A DNA stretch of 43,909 nt from Nitrospinota bacterium (GCA_046581755.1 JAYGFR010000283.1:1-43909), one strand, 5' to 3'. Shown: positions 9,211-19,543, counted from the stretch's first letter. Numbers and translations: made by a program. The notes: generated from the sequence alone by a model not told the origin.

Positions 9211-10242
9211 CTAATCGGACTCCAGAATCTCTTCCATCGTCACCGCCCGCCGCTCGGCGTGGCTTCGCAGCATGGCCCGCATGACGGCCAGCGCGCGCAC
9301 GCCGTGGACCCCGGTCACCTCGGGTTCGCCCTCTCCTTTGATGCAGCGCGCCAGATCGGTGAACTGCTCGGCGTTGGCGCCATCGCGGCCGTCCCAGAAA
9401 CCGGGGACGCCTTCGAGTTCCTTCGCCTCATTCATCTGCTCGCCCATTTTCTGAAAGACTGGCGGGCCGGCGCTCGAAATGTGGAGCGCCCCCTCGGTCC
9501 CCTCGATTCCGAACCTGAAATGGAAGGGCGCCATGTAGCTGCCCGAAAGGATTCCGAGCATCCCGCTCCGGAAGCGGAGCACACCCGCCGCCACATCGTC
9601 CGTCCGGGACGGCCCGCCGACCTTTCCGCAGGAGGCCTCGACGCTCTCCACCTCCCCGAACAGGGTCTCCATCAGGTCCCCCAGGTGGAGCGTATAGCTA
9701 TAGAGGGGGCCGCCGGGGTTTTCGACCGGGTCCCAGCGCATGCTCTCCGCACCGGCGGTGAGCCCGAGATTATTCGAAAAATGCCCCAAGGCCAGGCTGA
9801 TCGTGCCCAGTTCGCCGGCATCGATCATTTTTTTTGCATGGCGGAACATGGGCCAGCGGCGGAAATTCTGGCCGATGGAGAGCTTGACCCCCGCCTCCGC
9901 GCAGGCGGCGACGATTTCCTGGGCGTCGGAGACCGAGAGCGCCATCGGCTTTTCGAGATGGACATGCTTTCCCGCCCGGGCCGCCGCGACGGCCTGCTCC
10001 TTGTGGACGGCGTTCGCCGAGGCGATGACGACGGCCTCGCAGGCCGAATCGTCCAGCAGCTCATCGAGCGAGCCGTAATCGCGGCAACCGTACTTGGCGG
10101 CGAAGCCGGCCCTCGTGGCCGGCGTCCGGGCGTACCCCCCGGCGATGGAAACCGCTCCCGATGCCTGCGCGGCGCCGGCGAGCACTTCGCCCCACCAGCC
10201 CAGACCGATGAACGACACCCCCGGCAAACGATTCGCGCTCAA
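9211..10242 (-). CDS. Gfo/Idh/MocA-family oxidoreductase
   Basis: IGLGWWG, AAARAGKHVHLEKPMA, GQNFR, GGPLYSYTLH. TTG start after a GAGGAG RBS. Confidence 0.9.
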   Translation of the reverse strand: MSANRLPGVSFIGLGWWGEVLAGAAQASGAVSIAGGYARTPATRAGFAAKYGCRDYGSLDELLDDSACEAVVIASANAVHKEQAVAAARAGKHVHLEKPMALSVSDAQEIVAACAEAGVKLSIGQNFRRWPMFRHAKKMIDAGELGTISLALGHFSNNLGLTAGAESMRWDPVENPGGPLYSYTLHLGDLMETLFGEVESVEASCGKVGGPSRTDDVAAGVLRFRSGMLGILSGSYMAPFHFRFGIEGTEGALHISSAGPPVFQKMGEQMNEAKELEGVPGFWDGRDGANAEQFTDLARCIKGEGEPEVTGVHGVRALAVMRAMLRSHAERRAVTMEEILESD

Positions 10243-10361
10243 AATTTTTCTCCTCGAATTATGGCCGGGACAAACCGGTGCTCCGCTCCTCCGCAGGCGA
10301 AAGCACAAGGAGACCCTCGACCGGTTCGGCCTGCTGATGGCGGGCGCCGGAGAGGGCGCGG

Positions 10362-11453
10362 TTACCCGATGATCTTCAACTCGGGCACGCTGAAGGGCGC
10401 CGATGAATTATGGATGGCCACTTGAAGCGCGACGTTGCGCGCGGCCTCTCGAAAGGCCTTCGCCACGGGGCTGTCCGGCTCGCTGACGACCACCGGCTCG
10501 CCCCGGTCGCCGCCCAGGCGGATTTTGATGTTCAGGGGAATTGCGCCCAGAAAGGAGACCTCGTAGCGCGCGGCGGCGCGCTCGCCGCCCCCGGTGTCGA
10601 AAATATCCTCCCGGTTGCCGCAGCTCGGACACTCGTAGTAACTCATGTTCTCGATAATGCCGAGAATCGGGACCTCCGTCTTCCGGAACATCTGGAGGCC
10701 CTTGCGCGCGTCGAGCAGGGCGATCTCCTGCGGGGTGGTGACGATGACGGCCCCGGAGAGGGAGACCTGCTGCACGATCGTCAGTTGGGCGTCGCCCGTT
10801 CCCGGAGGAAGGTCGAGGAGCAGATAATCCAAATCCTCCCAGAGGGTCTCCCCCAAAAACTGGACGAGGGCCTTCATCACCATGGGGCCGCGCCAGATGA
10901 CGGGGCTGTCCCCTTCCACCAGAAATCCCATGGACATGACCTGCACGCCGTGGGCCTTGAGGGGAAAGATGCGGTTATTTTCGTCCGCCGTGGGTTTTTC
11001 GTTCGGAATCCCGAGCATCTGGGGCTGGCTCGGCCCGTATATATCCGCGTCGAGCACGCCGATTTTCGCGCCCTCGGCCACCAGCGCTAGCGCCAGGTTC
11101 GCGGTCACGGTGGATTTACCCACCCCGCCCTTGCCGCTGGCCACGGCGATGATGTTCTTCACGCCATCAACCGCCATCTTCCCCTGGGCGGCGGCCCGGG
11201 CGGTGACGTGGCTCTCCAGGCGAACGTTGACGGTGGCCACGCCATCGAGCGTACCGACGGCCATCCGGCATTCGTCCAGAAAATAATCTTTTCGCGGATG
11301 GGCCGGCGTCGTCAGCTCCAGGGTAAAGGCCACCGCATCTCCGCAAACTAGAACGTCCTTGATCATTTTCAGGCTGACCAAATCCTTGCCCAGGTCCGGG
11401 TCCTTGACTGATTTCAGGGCATCGAGAATCTGTTCGCTCGTGACTTCAGGCAT
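10362..11453 (-). CDS. apbC: Mrp/ApbC/NBP35 Fe-S cluster carrier ATPase
   Basis: VKDPDL N-domain, SGKGGVGKST, DADIYGPS, VIWRGPM, DLPPGTGD, ENMSYYECPSC. Confidence 0.92.
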   Translation of the reverse strand: MPEVTSEQILDALKSVKDPDLGKDLVSLKMIKDVLVCGDAVAFTLELTTPAHPRKDYFLDECRMAVGTLDGVATVNVRLESHVTARAAAQGKMAVDGVKNIIAVASGKGGVGKSTVTANLALALVAEGAKIGVLDADIYGPSQPQMLGIPNEKPTADENNRIFPLKAHGVQVMSMGFLVEGDSPVIWRGPMVMKALVQFLGETLWEDLDYLLLDLPPGTGDAQLTIVQQVSLSGAVIVTTPQEIALLDARKGLQMFRKTEVPILGIIENMSYYECPSCGNREDIFDTGGGERAAARYEVSFLGAIPLNIKIRLGGDRGEPVVVSEPDSPVAKAFREAARNVALQVAIHNSSAPFSVPELKIIG

Positions 11454-11781
11454 CGAATTCAACTCCCCTGGCGCGTATCCGCGCGACGGATAGACATTGG
11501 ATAACCGGGCCCAGCGCGGCGGCCGCAACGGCCATCGCCTCAACTCTCCTGCCCGGAACAGTGGCCTATAGTAGGGTTCGGTTTTCGGCAGTGTCAAACT
11601 CTTGGAACTCCCGATTTCAGACCTTTACGACCTTATACTCGGAAAAATTCTTCGGTCCGGTTGACGCCGTGTCGCCCGAGGGACTAAATGTTCCCTGGCC
11701 TTCCCCGGCACGGCCGAAGGACCGTCGCGAAGGCCCTATCTTCAGGAATTTTTCATTATCGAGCAGAGGGGAAGCGGGAAA

Positions 11782-12582
11782 TTGGACATCATCGTATGCG
11801 TCAAGCAGGTCCTCGACCATGACATTCCGCCCAGGGATTTCAAGGTGGACGAGGAAAATCTCACCGTGGTTCCACCGTCGAACGTATCGCCGGTCATCAG
11901 CAACTTCGATGAATACGCCATCGAAGAGGCCATCATTCTGAAGGAGGCCCACGGCGGTAAAATCACCGTCGTCACCGCCGGAGGTGACAGCGCCAGGGAC
12001 CTTCTTAAAAAATGCCTGGCCATGGGTTGCGACGAAGCGGTCCTCCTCCAGGACGAGAGTTTCGACGGTTCCGACTCGTTCGGGATCGCCCGGATTCTCG
12101 CCGGCGCCATCCAGAAAATCGGCGCGTTCGACATTATCCTTTGCGGCCGGATCAGCAGCGACTGGAGCCAGGGAACGACATCCCTCGCCCTGGCCGAGGC
12201 CCTGGATCTCCCCAGCGTCTCTCAACTCATCAAGATCGAAGTCAACGGAAACGCCCTCCGCTGCGAGCGCGTCCTCGAGGACGGAGAAGAGGTGGTCGAG
12301 GTCACCACCCCCTGCCTGCTCACGACGAGCAACGAGATCAACTCGCCACGCCTCCCCTCGGTGAAGGGAATCCTGATGGCCTCGCGGAAACAGATCCCCG
12401 TTTGGGGGGCCGGGGACATCGGCGTGGACCCGGCGGCCGTGGGCGCGGGAGCGTCCACGCTCGAGCTCACCAAACTCTATAAACCCAATCTGGGCTCTCA
12501 GTGCGAATTTATCGAGGCCGACTCGCTCGAAGAGGCCGCCGACAAACTCGGAGATCGGCTGCGCGAAGACAAAATCATATAA
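11782..12582 (+). CDS. etfB: Electron transfer flavoprotein beta subunit
   Basis: IIVCVKQV, FDEYAIEEA, AMGCDEA, DIILCGRISSD, INSPRLPS. TTG start. Confidence 0.92.
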   Translation: MDIIVCVKQVLDHDIPPRDFKVDEENLTVVPPSNVSPVISNFDEYAIEEAIILKEAHGGKITVVTAGGDSARDLLKKCLAMGCDEAVLLQDESFDGSDSFGIARILAGAIQKIGAFDIILCGRISSDWSQGTTSLALAEALDLPSVSQLIKIEVNGNALRCERVLEDGEEVVEVTTPCLLTTSNEINSPRLPSVKGILMASRKQIPVWGAGDIGVDPAAVGAGASTLELTKLYKPNLGSQCEFIEADSLEEAADKLGDRLREDKII

Positions 12583-12604
12583 ATTCATCCGGAGAGATAT
12601 TTTC

Positions 12605-13597
12605 ATGTCGAACGACGTACTCATTTTAGCCGAAAGCAACAATGACAGACTCACGATAGTTAGCAGCGAGCTTTGCCAAATCGGGCGAAAGCTCGCCGAC
12701 GAGAAGGGCGGCTCCCTGATCGGCCTGCTGCTGGGCGGGGCGGGAACCAAAGAACTCGCCAAGGGGATAATCGCCCTGGGGGCCGACAAGGTCCTCGCCG
12801 CCGAGGCGGACATTCTCGCGGGATACAACAATGCCGCCTATACACAGGTCGTCAGCGGCGCTGTCGCCGAGACCGGCCCCGCCATCTTTCTGCTGGGCTG
12901 CACCTCGATCGGGCGCGACGTGGCGCCCCGCGTCGCCTTCCGCCTCGGCGCCAGCTATGCCAACGACTGCACCGAGCTATCCCTCGAAGAGGGTGTGCTG
13001 GCCGCGGTGCGCCCCGTGTACGGGGGCAACGCGTTGAGCCATGTCCGCTCGAAGCCGGGCCTTATTGCCATGGCCTCCATCCGGATGAAGGCTTTCCCGC
13101 CCGCCGACATCGAGGAGGGGCGGAGCGGCGAGCTGGTCGAGGTCGCCGTTTCGGTCGAGTCCGGCGAACTCAAGATGAAATTCGTCGAGACCCGGCAGGT
13201 CGAGGCCGAGGGCGTTCGCCTCGAGGATGCCGAATATGTAGTGAGCGGCGGCCGGGGCCTGGGCGGGCCGGAGAATTTCGAACAACTCAATAAGCTGGCC
13301 AAGGTTCTCAAGGCGGCCGTGGGCGCCAGCCGCGCAGCCGTGGACGCCGGATGGGTGCCCACCCATATGCAGGTGGGCCAGACGGGCAAAATCGTGAGTC
13401 CGATGCTCTATATTGCTGTGGGGATTTCGGGCGCCATGCAGCACATGGTGGGGGCCGGACCGAGCAAAAACATCGTGGCCATCAACACCGACCCCGATGC
13501 GCCGATCTTCCAGCGCGCGCGCTACGGCATCGTGGGCGACTACAAGAAGGTCGTTCCGGCGCTGACCGAAAAACTCCAGAAGCTGCTCGAAAACTAA
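12605..13597 (+). CDS. etfA: Electron transfer flavoprotein alpha subunit
   Basis: [59 protein letters not shown]. Confidence 0.95.
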   Translation: MSNDVLILAESNNDRLTIVSSELCQIGRKLADEKGGSLIGLLLGGAGTKELAKGIIALGADKVLAAEADILAGYNNAAYTQVVSGAVAETGPAIFLLGCTSIGRDVAPRVAFRLGASYANDCTELSLEEGVLAAVRPVYGGNALSHVRSKPGLIAMASIRMKAFPPADIEEGRSGELVEVAVSVESGELKMKFVETRQVEAEGVRLEDAEYVVSGGRGLGGPENFEQLNKLAKVLKAAVGASRAAVDAGWVPTHMQVGQTGKIVSPMLYIAVGISGAMQHMVGAGPSKNIVAINTDPDAPIFQRARYGIVGDYKKVVPALTEKLQKLLEN

Positions 13598-13609
13598 GGC
13601 GGGCGCCGC

Positions 13610-14329
13610 TCAAACCAGCGGCTGATAGGCCCAGACCACACGGCCCAGGATCCAATCATCGGGGCTATCCGAGTTCAGGTCGATGTGGACCACGGGCTCG
13701 TCGCGGTTTTCGGGCACCAGCCAGAGGCGGGGCGGCGTCCATTGCAGCCGCTTGAGGGTGCATCCCCCCGAATCGTCCCGGACCGCGTATATTCCGTTTT
13801 CGGCGATGACCTTGTCCCGCCGGTCGATGACCACGACCGCGCCGGGCTGGATGAGCGGAAGCATGCTCCGGCCCATTTTCCGATCCACGCGAACGGCCAC
13901 CAGGTCGGTTCTGCCCGTCACCTGGGAGATGTGGATCAGGGCGTATTCCTCGATCTCCTCGTCCACGATCAGGGCTCTTCCCGCGGCGATGGAGTCCGAA
14001 ACGAGGGGAACGGCGCGGAACTCGCTCTCATCGACACTCCCCGGGCCCTGAATATTTTCCGACATGCGCACCGCCACATCGATGGGCCCGGCCGCCATCG
14101 TCTCATGGGCGCCCTTGCGGCCCATGAGCCAATCCGCCGAAACCCCCAGGGCCTCGGCGATGCGAAGGAGCTTGCCCGCGCTGGGCTCGTTTTCTCCCTC
14201 TTCGTAGCGGACGAGATTCGCCCAGCTCAGGCTGGAGGCCTTGGCGAGCTGGTTGCGGTTCCAGCCACGACGCTCGCGGGCCTCGGAGATGCGTCTTCCA
14301 GTTTCTGAAAATTTCGCGGATTTAGCCAT
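13610..14329 (-). CDS. XRE HTH plus S24 peptidase repressor (CI/LexA-like)
   Basis: N-terminal HTH (RISEARERRGWNRNQLA...RYEEGENEPS...IAEALGVSADWL), IAAG autocleavage site, GRSMLP catalytic Ser, TLKRL catalytic Lys, ILGRVVW. Confidence 0.88.
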   Translation of the reverse strand: MAKSAKFSETGRRISEARERRGWNRNQLAKASSLSWANLVRYEEGENEPSAGKLLRIAEALGVSADWLMGRKGAHETMAAGPIDVAVRMSENIQGPGSVDESEFRAVPLVSDSIAAGRALIVDEEIEEYALIHISQVTGRTDLVAVRVDRKMGRSMLPLIQPGAVVVIDRRDKVIAENGIYAVRDDSGGCTLKRLQWTPPRLWLVPENRDEPVVHIDLNSDSPDDWILGRVVWAYQPLV

Positions 14330-14479
14330 TATGCGAATCGGGATGATCGGCTCCCACGTTTCGGCGGCGGGGGGGTGCACAATGTTTCAACGCTCTGATC
14401 GCTTAAATTCTAACACTTTGCACAAGGGCCGAAAAGAGATGGTACCTCCGAAAATATTCCCGAAAAAATGAAAAATTTT

Positions 14480-14506
14480 AAAAAAAAGCGCCCCGGAAAG
14501 GGACGC
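14480..14506 (-). terminator. Intrinsic terminator after the cyclase gene
   Basis: On the minus strand GCGTCCC-TTTCC-GGGGCGC is followed by T8, about 20 nt after the cyclase stop. Confidence 0.75.
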
Positions 14507-14525
14507 CCGCGGCGGTCAAGGGCTG

Positions 14526-15215
14526 CTAATCCTCGAAAATGGCGACGGCTCGGACGGGAGAGCCCGTGCCGCCCCTGAACTTCAGGGGAAAACACACGAA
14601 GCGGAACTGCCCCTGGCCGAGGAGTTGTTCCAGATTGCACAGGCTTTCCAGATGGGTGATCCCTTTGTCGCGGCAGGCCTTGTGGACGAGGGAATTCTCG
14701 TCTCCCATGGGACCGGGACGCATGGAGTCAATGCCGAAGTGGACCACCCCCTGCTCGGCGAGCCACTCGGTGGCGGGAACGGTGACGCCGGGGTTGTCGG
14801 TGCTGTAGGCCGGGGTCGGGTAGGTGCGCTCGTGGTGGCCGGTGCAAAGCAAAACGGTGCCGCCCTTCACGAGGGGTTCGCCGGATTTTTCCACCGCGGC
14901 CGCGAGGTCGTCGGGGGATATCCACGCCTTGGGCTCCATGTGGCGCAGGTCGATGCAGGTCCCCATGACGTAGCAACTTTCGAGCGGATACTCGTTGATG
15001 GGCGTGCCGGTGACCGAAAAGTGGCGCGGTGCGTCCAGGTGGGTTCCACCGTGATCGGGCATGGAAAAGTACATGACGCTGTTTCCGTGGACGTTTCCCG
15101 AATCGGCATAGGCTTCATCGTGCGATTTCCAGACGCCGTGAATGATGGGCGGCTGGCCGGGATAGGCCGGCGCCCGGTGATAGAGTTCACGGCTGAGATC
15201 GACGATCTTCGGCAT
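14526..15215 (-). CDS. Cyclase-family (kynurenine formamidase-like) metal hydrolase
   Basis: IVDLS, HGGTHLDAPRHF, GIDS, HLESLCNL, FPLKFRGGTGSPVRAVA. Confidence 0.9.
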   Translation of the reverse strand: MPKIVDLSRELYHRAPAYPGQPPIIHGVWKSHDEAYADSGNVHGNSVMYFSMPDHGGTHLDAPRHFSVTGTPINEYPLESCYVMGTCIDLRHMEPKAWISPDDLAAAVEKSGEPLVKGGTVLLCTGHHERTYPTPAYSTDNPGVTVPATEWLAEQGVVHFGIDSMRPGPMGDENSLVHKACRDKGITHLESLCNLEQLLGQGQFRFVCFPLKFRGGTGSPVRAVAIFED

Positions 15216-15456
15216 GATTTCTCTCCTGTGCGGGCCGCGCGGATTTTCGGCGGGCCGGTATGAATTTCCGGATGATTCCGCGGCGCAACGGCCCGGCTCG
15301 AAATGCCGGGAGCGCCTTCATTTGCAGGTGACCCTATCTATGTACCCCAGCCTGGAGCGGTGGTAAAGTTGCCCGGCCATTTCGAGGGGACACATCAACG
15401 ATCAAGTGGCGCCGGGATGAGCGGCGGCGCGATTGTCTTCCAGAAAGGGATTTCCC

Positions 15457-16221
15457 ATGCCCTCGCCCGGGGTGGATTTGTCCGGAAAGACCGCCATCGT
15501 CACCGGTGCCGGCCAGGGGCTCGGAAGAGCGATGGCGACCGCGCTGGCCGGGGCTGGAGCGAATATCGTACTTGTCGGACGGACCCCCGAAACCCTCGCC
15601 GATGCCGCCCGGGAGTGCGAGGCCCTCGCCGCGGGGGCGCTGCCGGCGGTGTGCGACGTGACCGAGCGGGACCGGGTGGACGCCCTGGTAGATCAGGTTC
15701 GAAAGGAACTCGGCGGGCCGCATATTTTGATCAACAACGCGGGAATATCCCGGCCCAGCCCCATCGGGGAGATGAGCGACGAGCTCTGGCACACCACGCT
15801 GGAGACCAACCTTTCGGCGGCGTTTTATTTTTGCCGGGCGGCCGGGCGCTACATGCTGCCCGCCGGGGAGGGAAAGGTGGTCAACGTCGGATCGAGCGCC
15901 GGGAGCCGGGGACGCCCCAACCAGGCGGCCTACGCCGCGAGCAAGGCGGGAATCGACGGCCTCACCAAGGCCCTCGCCGTCGAATGGGCGCCCAGCGGCA
16001 TCCAGGTCAACTGCATCGCGCCGGGGCGCTTCCGCACCCCCCTGGCCGCCGAGCGCATCGACGATCCCGAGGAGAGCGAGCGCTCCCTCCGGATGGTTCC
16101 GATGAAGCGCTACGCCGCGCCCGGGGAGATCGGGGAACTGGTTCTTTTCCTTTGAGGGCCCGGGAGCGATTTCATGACCGGCCAGATCGTCCACTTCGAC
16201 GGAGGCAGCGCGGCCCTCTGA
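15457..16221 (+). CDS. Classical SDR oxidoreductase interrupted by an in-frame TGA at 16153-16155 (recoded or nonsense allele)
   Basis: TGAGQGLG, NNAG, YAASK, VNCIAPG. After the TGA the frame continues GPGSDFMTGQIVHFDGGSAAL*, the conserved SDR C-terminus. Confidence 0.85.
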
Positions 16222-16249
16222 TCGCCTCCGGCGGAGCTGAGCCCCTTCC

Positions 16250-17044
16250 CTAGACCCGGACGGCGTTGCACTCTCCGCCATCGACATTGATCGAATTTCC
16301 GGTGACGCAATCGGCCAAGTCCGAGACAAGGTAGAGAACCGTCTTGGCGATATCGTCCGAGGAAATGAACCGCCCCATCGGGATCGCCTTCAGGCGATCC
16401 TCCATCACCTCCTCGATACTCTTGCCCGTCAGCTCCGAGGCGCGCTTCGTTTGCCGTTCCATGCGCGGGGTGACGGTCGCTCCCGGATTGACCATGTTCA
16501 CGCGGATGCCATCCGGGGCCAGCCGCTTGGCGAGCTGGTGCTTGAAGGCGGCCAGGGCCGCGTTCGGCATGCACCCGGAGCCGTGAAAAACGTGGGTGTG
16601 AACATGGCTCAGGCCCGAGGTGAAGATGATGTTTCCCCCGCCCCGGGCGCGAAGGTGGGGCACGGCCGCGCGCGTGGTGGCCACCGCCGAGCGCAACTTG
16701 AGATCGATCGCCAGGTCGATGTCATCGTTCGACACATCGATCGGGTCCGATCTCCGGCTCACCCCCGCCACGTTGATGACGATATCCAGGCCCCCGAAGC
16801 GCCTGGCCGTCTCGTCCACCGCCCACTCGGGTTTTCCCTCCTCGGTCAGATCAAGCGGAAGCTCCTCCGCCCGGCCGCCCTCCCGGCGGATGCCGGCCGC
16901 CACTTCGGCCAGATTCTCCGCGTTCCGCGCCGCAAGCGCGACCCCCGCGCCCGCCCTGGCGAGCCACTCGGCGCAGGCGCGGCCGATCCCCTGGCTGGCG
17001 CCGGTCACGAGGGCGCACTTTCCGCTCAAATCGATGGAGATCAT
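16250..17044 (-). CDS. Atypical SDR oxidoreductase
   Basis: TGASQGIG, INVAG, VNMVNPG, YLVSD...VTGNSINVDGG. YxxxK is replaced by GCMPN. Confidence 0.88.
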   Translation of the reverse strand: MISIDLSGKCALVTGASQGIGRACAEWLARAGAGVALAARNAENLAEVAAGIRREGGRAEELPLDLTEEGKPEWAVDETARRFGGLDIVINVAGVSRRSDPIDVSNDDIDLAIDLKLRSAVATTRAAVPHLRARGGGNIIFTSGLSHVHTHVFHGSGCMPNAALAAFKHQLAKRLAPDGIRVNMVNPGATVTPRMERQTKRASELTGKSIEEVMEDRLKAIPMGRFISSDDIAKTVLYLVSDLADCVTGNSINVDGGECNAVRV

Positions 17045-17204
17045 CTCCCCCTCCCTGTTTCATTTCGGTGGATGAATGCCGGAGCGCAGGCAGACCGCCG
17101 ACGCATTCCTGAAATTTGGGCACAAGAATAGGGCCGCGCCAATGGGGGGCGCAAGCGCGCGGAGGGCCGCCGATGGTCCGGGACTACATGCTGATGGTCC
17201 GAGG

Positions 17205-18182
17205 CTACATGAAGTAGCGCCTGTTCTTGAGGTCTGGATACATGTGGGCCACCCACTTGCCGTATCCGTTGAAAATCTGGGTGGGCCGGCGCTTCCCGGT
17301 GCCCAGTATCCTCTCGGACTTCTGGGACCACCTGGGATGGTCGAAGGCGGGGTTCACGTTGGCCCAGAAGCCGTATTCGGTGGGCGCGGCGCGCTCCCAG
17401 AAGGTCTTGGGGCGCTTTTCGGTGAACTCGATGGAGACGAGCGATTTTCCGCTCTTGAAGCCGTACTTCCAGGGAAGAACGAGGCGGATGGGCGCGCCGT
17501 GCTGCTGGGGCAGGGGCTTGCCGTAGATGCCCGTGCAGAGGAGGGCCAGATTGTTCATCGCCTCCTTGATCGTCAACACCTCGGTATAGGGCCACGAGTA
17601 CCAGACCTGGAGCTGTCCGAGCGCCTCCGAGGGCCGGTAGAAGGTCTTGAAGACGATGTACTTGGCGTTGTTCTTGGGCTCGACCGCCTTGATCAGGGCG
17701 CTGATCGGGAACCCGGTCCAGGGAACCGCCATCGCCCACGCCTCGACGCAGCGGAAACGGTAGAGGCGCTCCTCGAGGGGCATCGAGTGGATCAGATCGT
17801 CGATGTCGTAGGTCTTGGGCTTTCGCACCAGGCCGCCCACCTTGACCTGCCAGGGGCGGATCTTGAGGCGCTTGGAGAGCCAGAAGATCCCCTTCGTGCC
17901 CCCGAACTCATAGAAATTATTATAGGTGGCGGCCACCTGCTCCTCGGTCAGCGGGCGGTCCAGCTTAAATTCCGGGTTCCGCTTGGCGGGATAGAGGCTA
18001 AGAGTCTTGTCCTTGGGCGCCTCGGCCCCTTCAGCCCAATCGAGGGCGCCGATTCCCCCGAGCGCACCGGCCGCGACAGCCCCGGCGGCGCCCGTCATGA
18101 ATTTGCGCCGGTTGAAGAAAACCGTCTCCGGAGTCGTTTCCCCTTCTGGAATGGCCCATTCCGGCCTGTGGATAATGTTCAT
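17205..18182 (-). CDS. msrP: Protein-methionine-sulfoxide reductase catalytic subunit (molybdopterin, Tat-exported)
   Basis: TPETVFFNRRKFM Tat motif, YNNFYEFG, RFRCVEAWAMAVPW, HGAPIRLVLPWKYGFKS, EYGFWANVNP, HPRWSQ. Confidence 0.93.
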   Translation of the reverse strand: MNIIHRPEWAIPEGETTPETVFFNRRKFMTGAAGAVAAGALGGIGALDWAEGAEAPKDKTLSLYPAKRNPEFKLDRPLTEEQVAATYNNFYEFGGTKGIFWLSKRLKIRPWQVKVGGLVRKPKTYDIDDLIHSMPLEERLYRFRCVEAWAMAVPWTGFPISALIKAVEPKNNAKYIVFKTFYRPSEALGQLQVWYSWPYTEVLTIKEAMNNLALLCTGIYGKPLPQQHGAPIRLVLPWKYGFKSGKSLVSIEFTEKRPKTFWERAAPTEYGFWANVNPAFDHPRWSQKSERILGTGKRRPTQIFNGYGKWVAHMYPDLKNRRYFM

Positions 18183-18400
18183 TGCATCTCCTCGGCGCAT
18201 CCGGGACCCGGCGGCCTCCGGTCCCGCGATATTTTTGTTCGAAAATTCGAAACGCTCTCATTCGGTGAGAACAACCCTGACATATGATAATGTTCGGGAT
18301 AGAGTCCGAAATCAACCATTTTTAAGAAATCTTTATAACTCCCCTTCGCGGCGGAGACTGGCGAAAGCCGCCCCGGGAGGTCATCATTTCAGGAGAAATC

Positions 18401-19456
18401 ATGGAAGATACGCGGTTTCCGGTGGATCGGCTGGAAAAATTCATCCTCTCGGCGGCAACGGCCCAGGATGTTCCCGAGGATCACGCCAGGATCTTCGCCC
18501 GGCGAATGATCGAGGCAGACCTGCGGGGAATGCACGGTCACGGGCTCATGCGCCTTGCCCCATACAGCCGCCGCATCCGGGAGGGAGGATACAACCTCAG
18601 GCCTCAAATCCGGGCCGAGCGCGAATCGCCCGTCAGCGCCCTCGTGGACGGGGACAACGGCCTGGGACAGGTGGTCATGACCTTCGCGGCCGACCTCGCC
18701 ATCGAAAAGGCCCGGGAGAGCGGCATGGCCTGGGTGGGTATCCGGCGGGGAAACCACGCGGGAGCGGGCGGGGTGTACGCCGCCCTCGCTCTTCCCCACG
18801 ACATGATCGGCATTTACATGGCGGTCGCCAACGCCAACCACATGCCCCCCTGGGGGGGAATCGATATGCTCCTCAGCACCAACCCCATGGCCTACGCGAT
18901 ACCCACGGGCGAGGAGCCGCCATTCGTCCTCGACATGGCGACCACGGTCGCCTCTTACGGCAAGGTCAAGGTCTACGCCCAAAGCGGCAAGCCCATGCCC
19001 GAGGGATGGATGATCAACGCCAAGGGAGAGTCCATCACGGACGCCTCCCGCGCGAACGAGGGGTTTCTTCTCCCCATCGGCGGCCACAAGGGCTACGGGT
19101 TGAACCTGATGATCGGAATGCTGGCGGGGGTGATGAACGGCGCCGCCTTCGGCAGCGACATTGTGGACTTCAACGCCGACTTCGCCACCCCCCTCAACAC
19201 GGGCCAGGCCTACTTCGCCATGCGGCCCGACCTTTTCCGGGAGCTGGACGAATTCAAGGCCGAGATGGACGCCAAAATCCGCGAGATCAAAAACTCCACG
19301 CCCATGGAGGGCAAGGGCCCCGTCCGAATCCCCGGCGAGGCGGCCATTGCGCGCGAAAAGGAAATGCGCCGGAGAGGCATTCCCGTCGCCGCGCCCGTCC
19401 TCAAAGCCGTCCGCGAGTTAGCTGGGAGCTTGGGGCTCGAGGACCGGCTAGAATAA
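18401..19456 (+). CDS. Ldh_2 family (malate/L-lactate/sulfolactate-type) dehydrogenase
   Basis: ADLRGMHGHG, VDGDNGLGQV, NHAG, LSTNPMA, LDMATT, GGHKGYGL, VRIPGE. Confidence 0.9.
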   Translation: MEDTRFPVDRLEKFILSAATAQDVPEDHARIFARRMIEADLRGMHGHGLMRLAPYSRRIREGGYNLRPQIRAERESPVSALVDGDNGLGQVVMTFAADLAIEKARESGMAWVGIRRGNHAGAGGVYAALALPHDMIGIYMAVANANHMPPWGGIDMLLSTNPMAYAIPTGEEPPFVLDMATTVASYGKVKVYAQSGKPMPEGWMINAKGESITDASRANEGFLLPIGGHKGYGLNLMIGMLAGVMNGAAFGSDIVDFNADFATPLNTGQAYFAMRPDLFRELDEFKAEMDAKIREIKNSTPMEGKGPVRIPGEAAIAREKEMRRRGIPVAAPVLKAVRELAGSLGLEDRLE

Positions 19457-19543
19457 CGCCCGGGCCTGAAAATACCCCTCTCCCCCGGCCTGGAAGGTCA
19501 CCTCCCCCGCCCTCACTGGCCGGAACCCTGAGCGAGGGGTTGG

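Noticed and set aside
13610..14480. Prophage around the CI-like repressor
   Set aside because: No integrase, cro, replication or structural genes and no att-like repeats; the flanks are metabolic genes.
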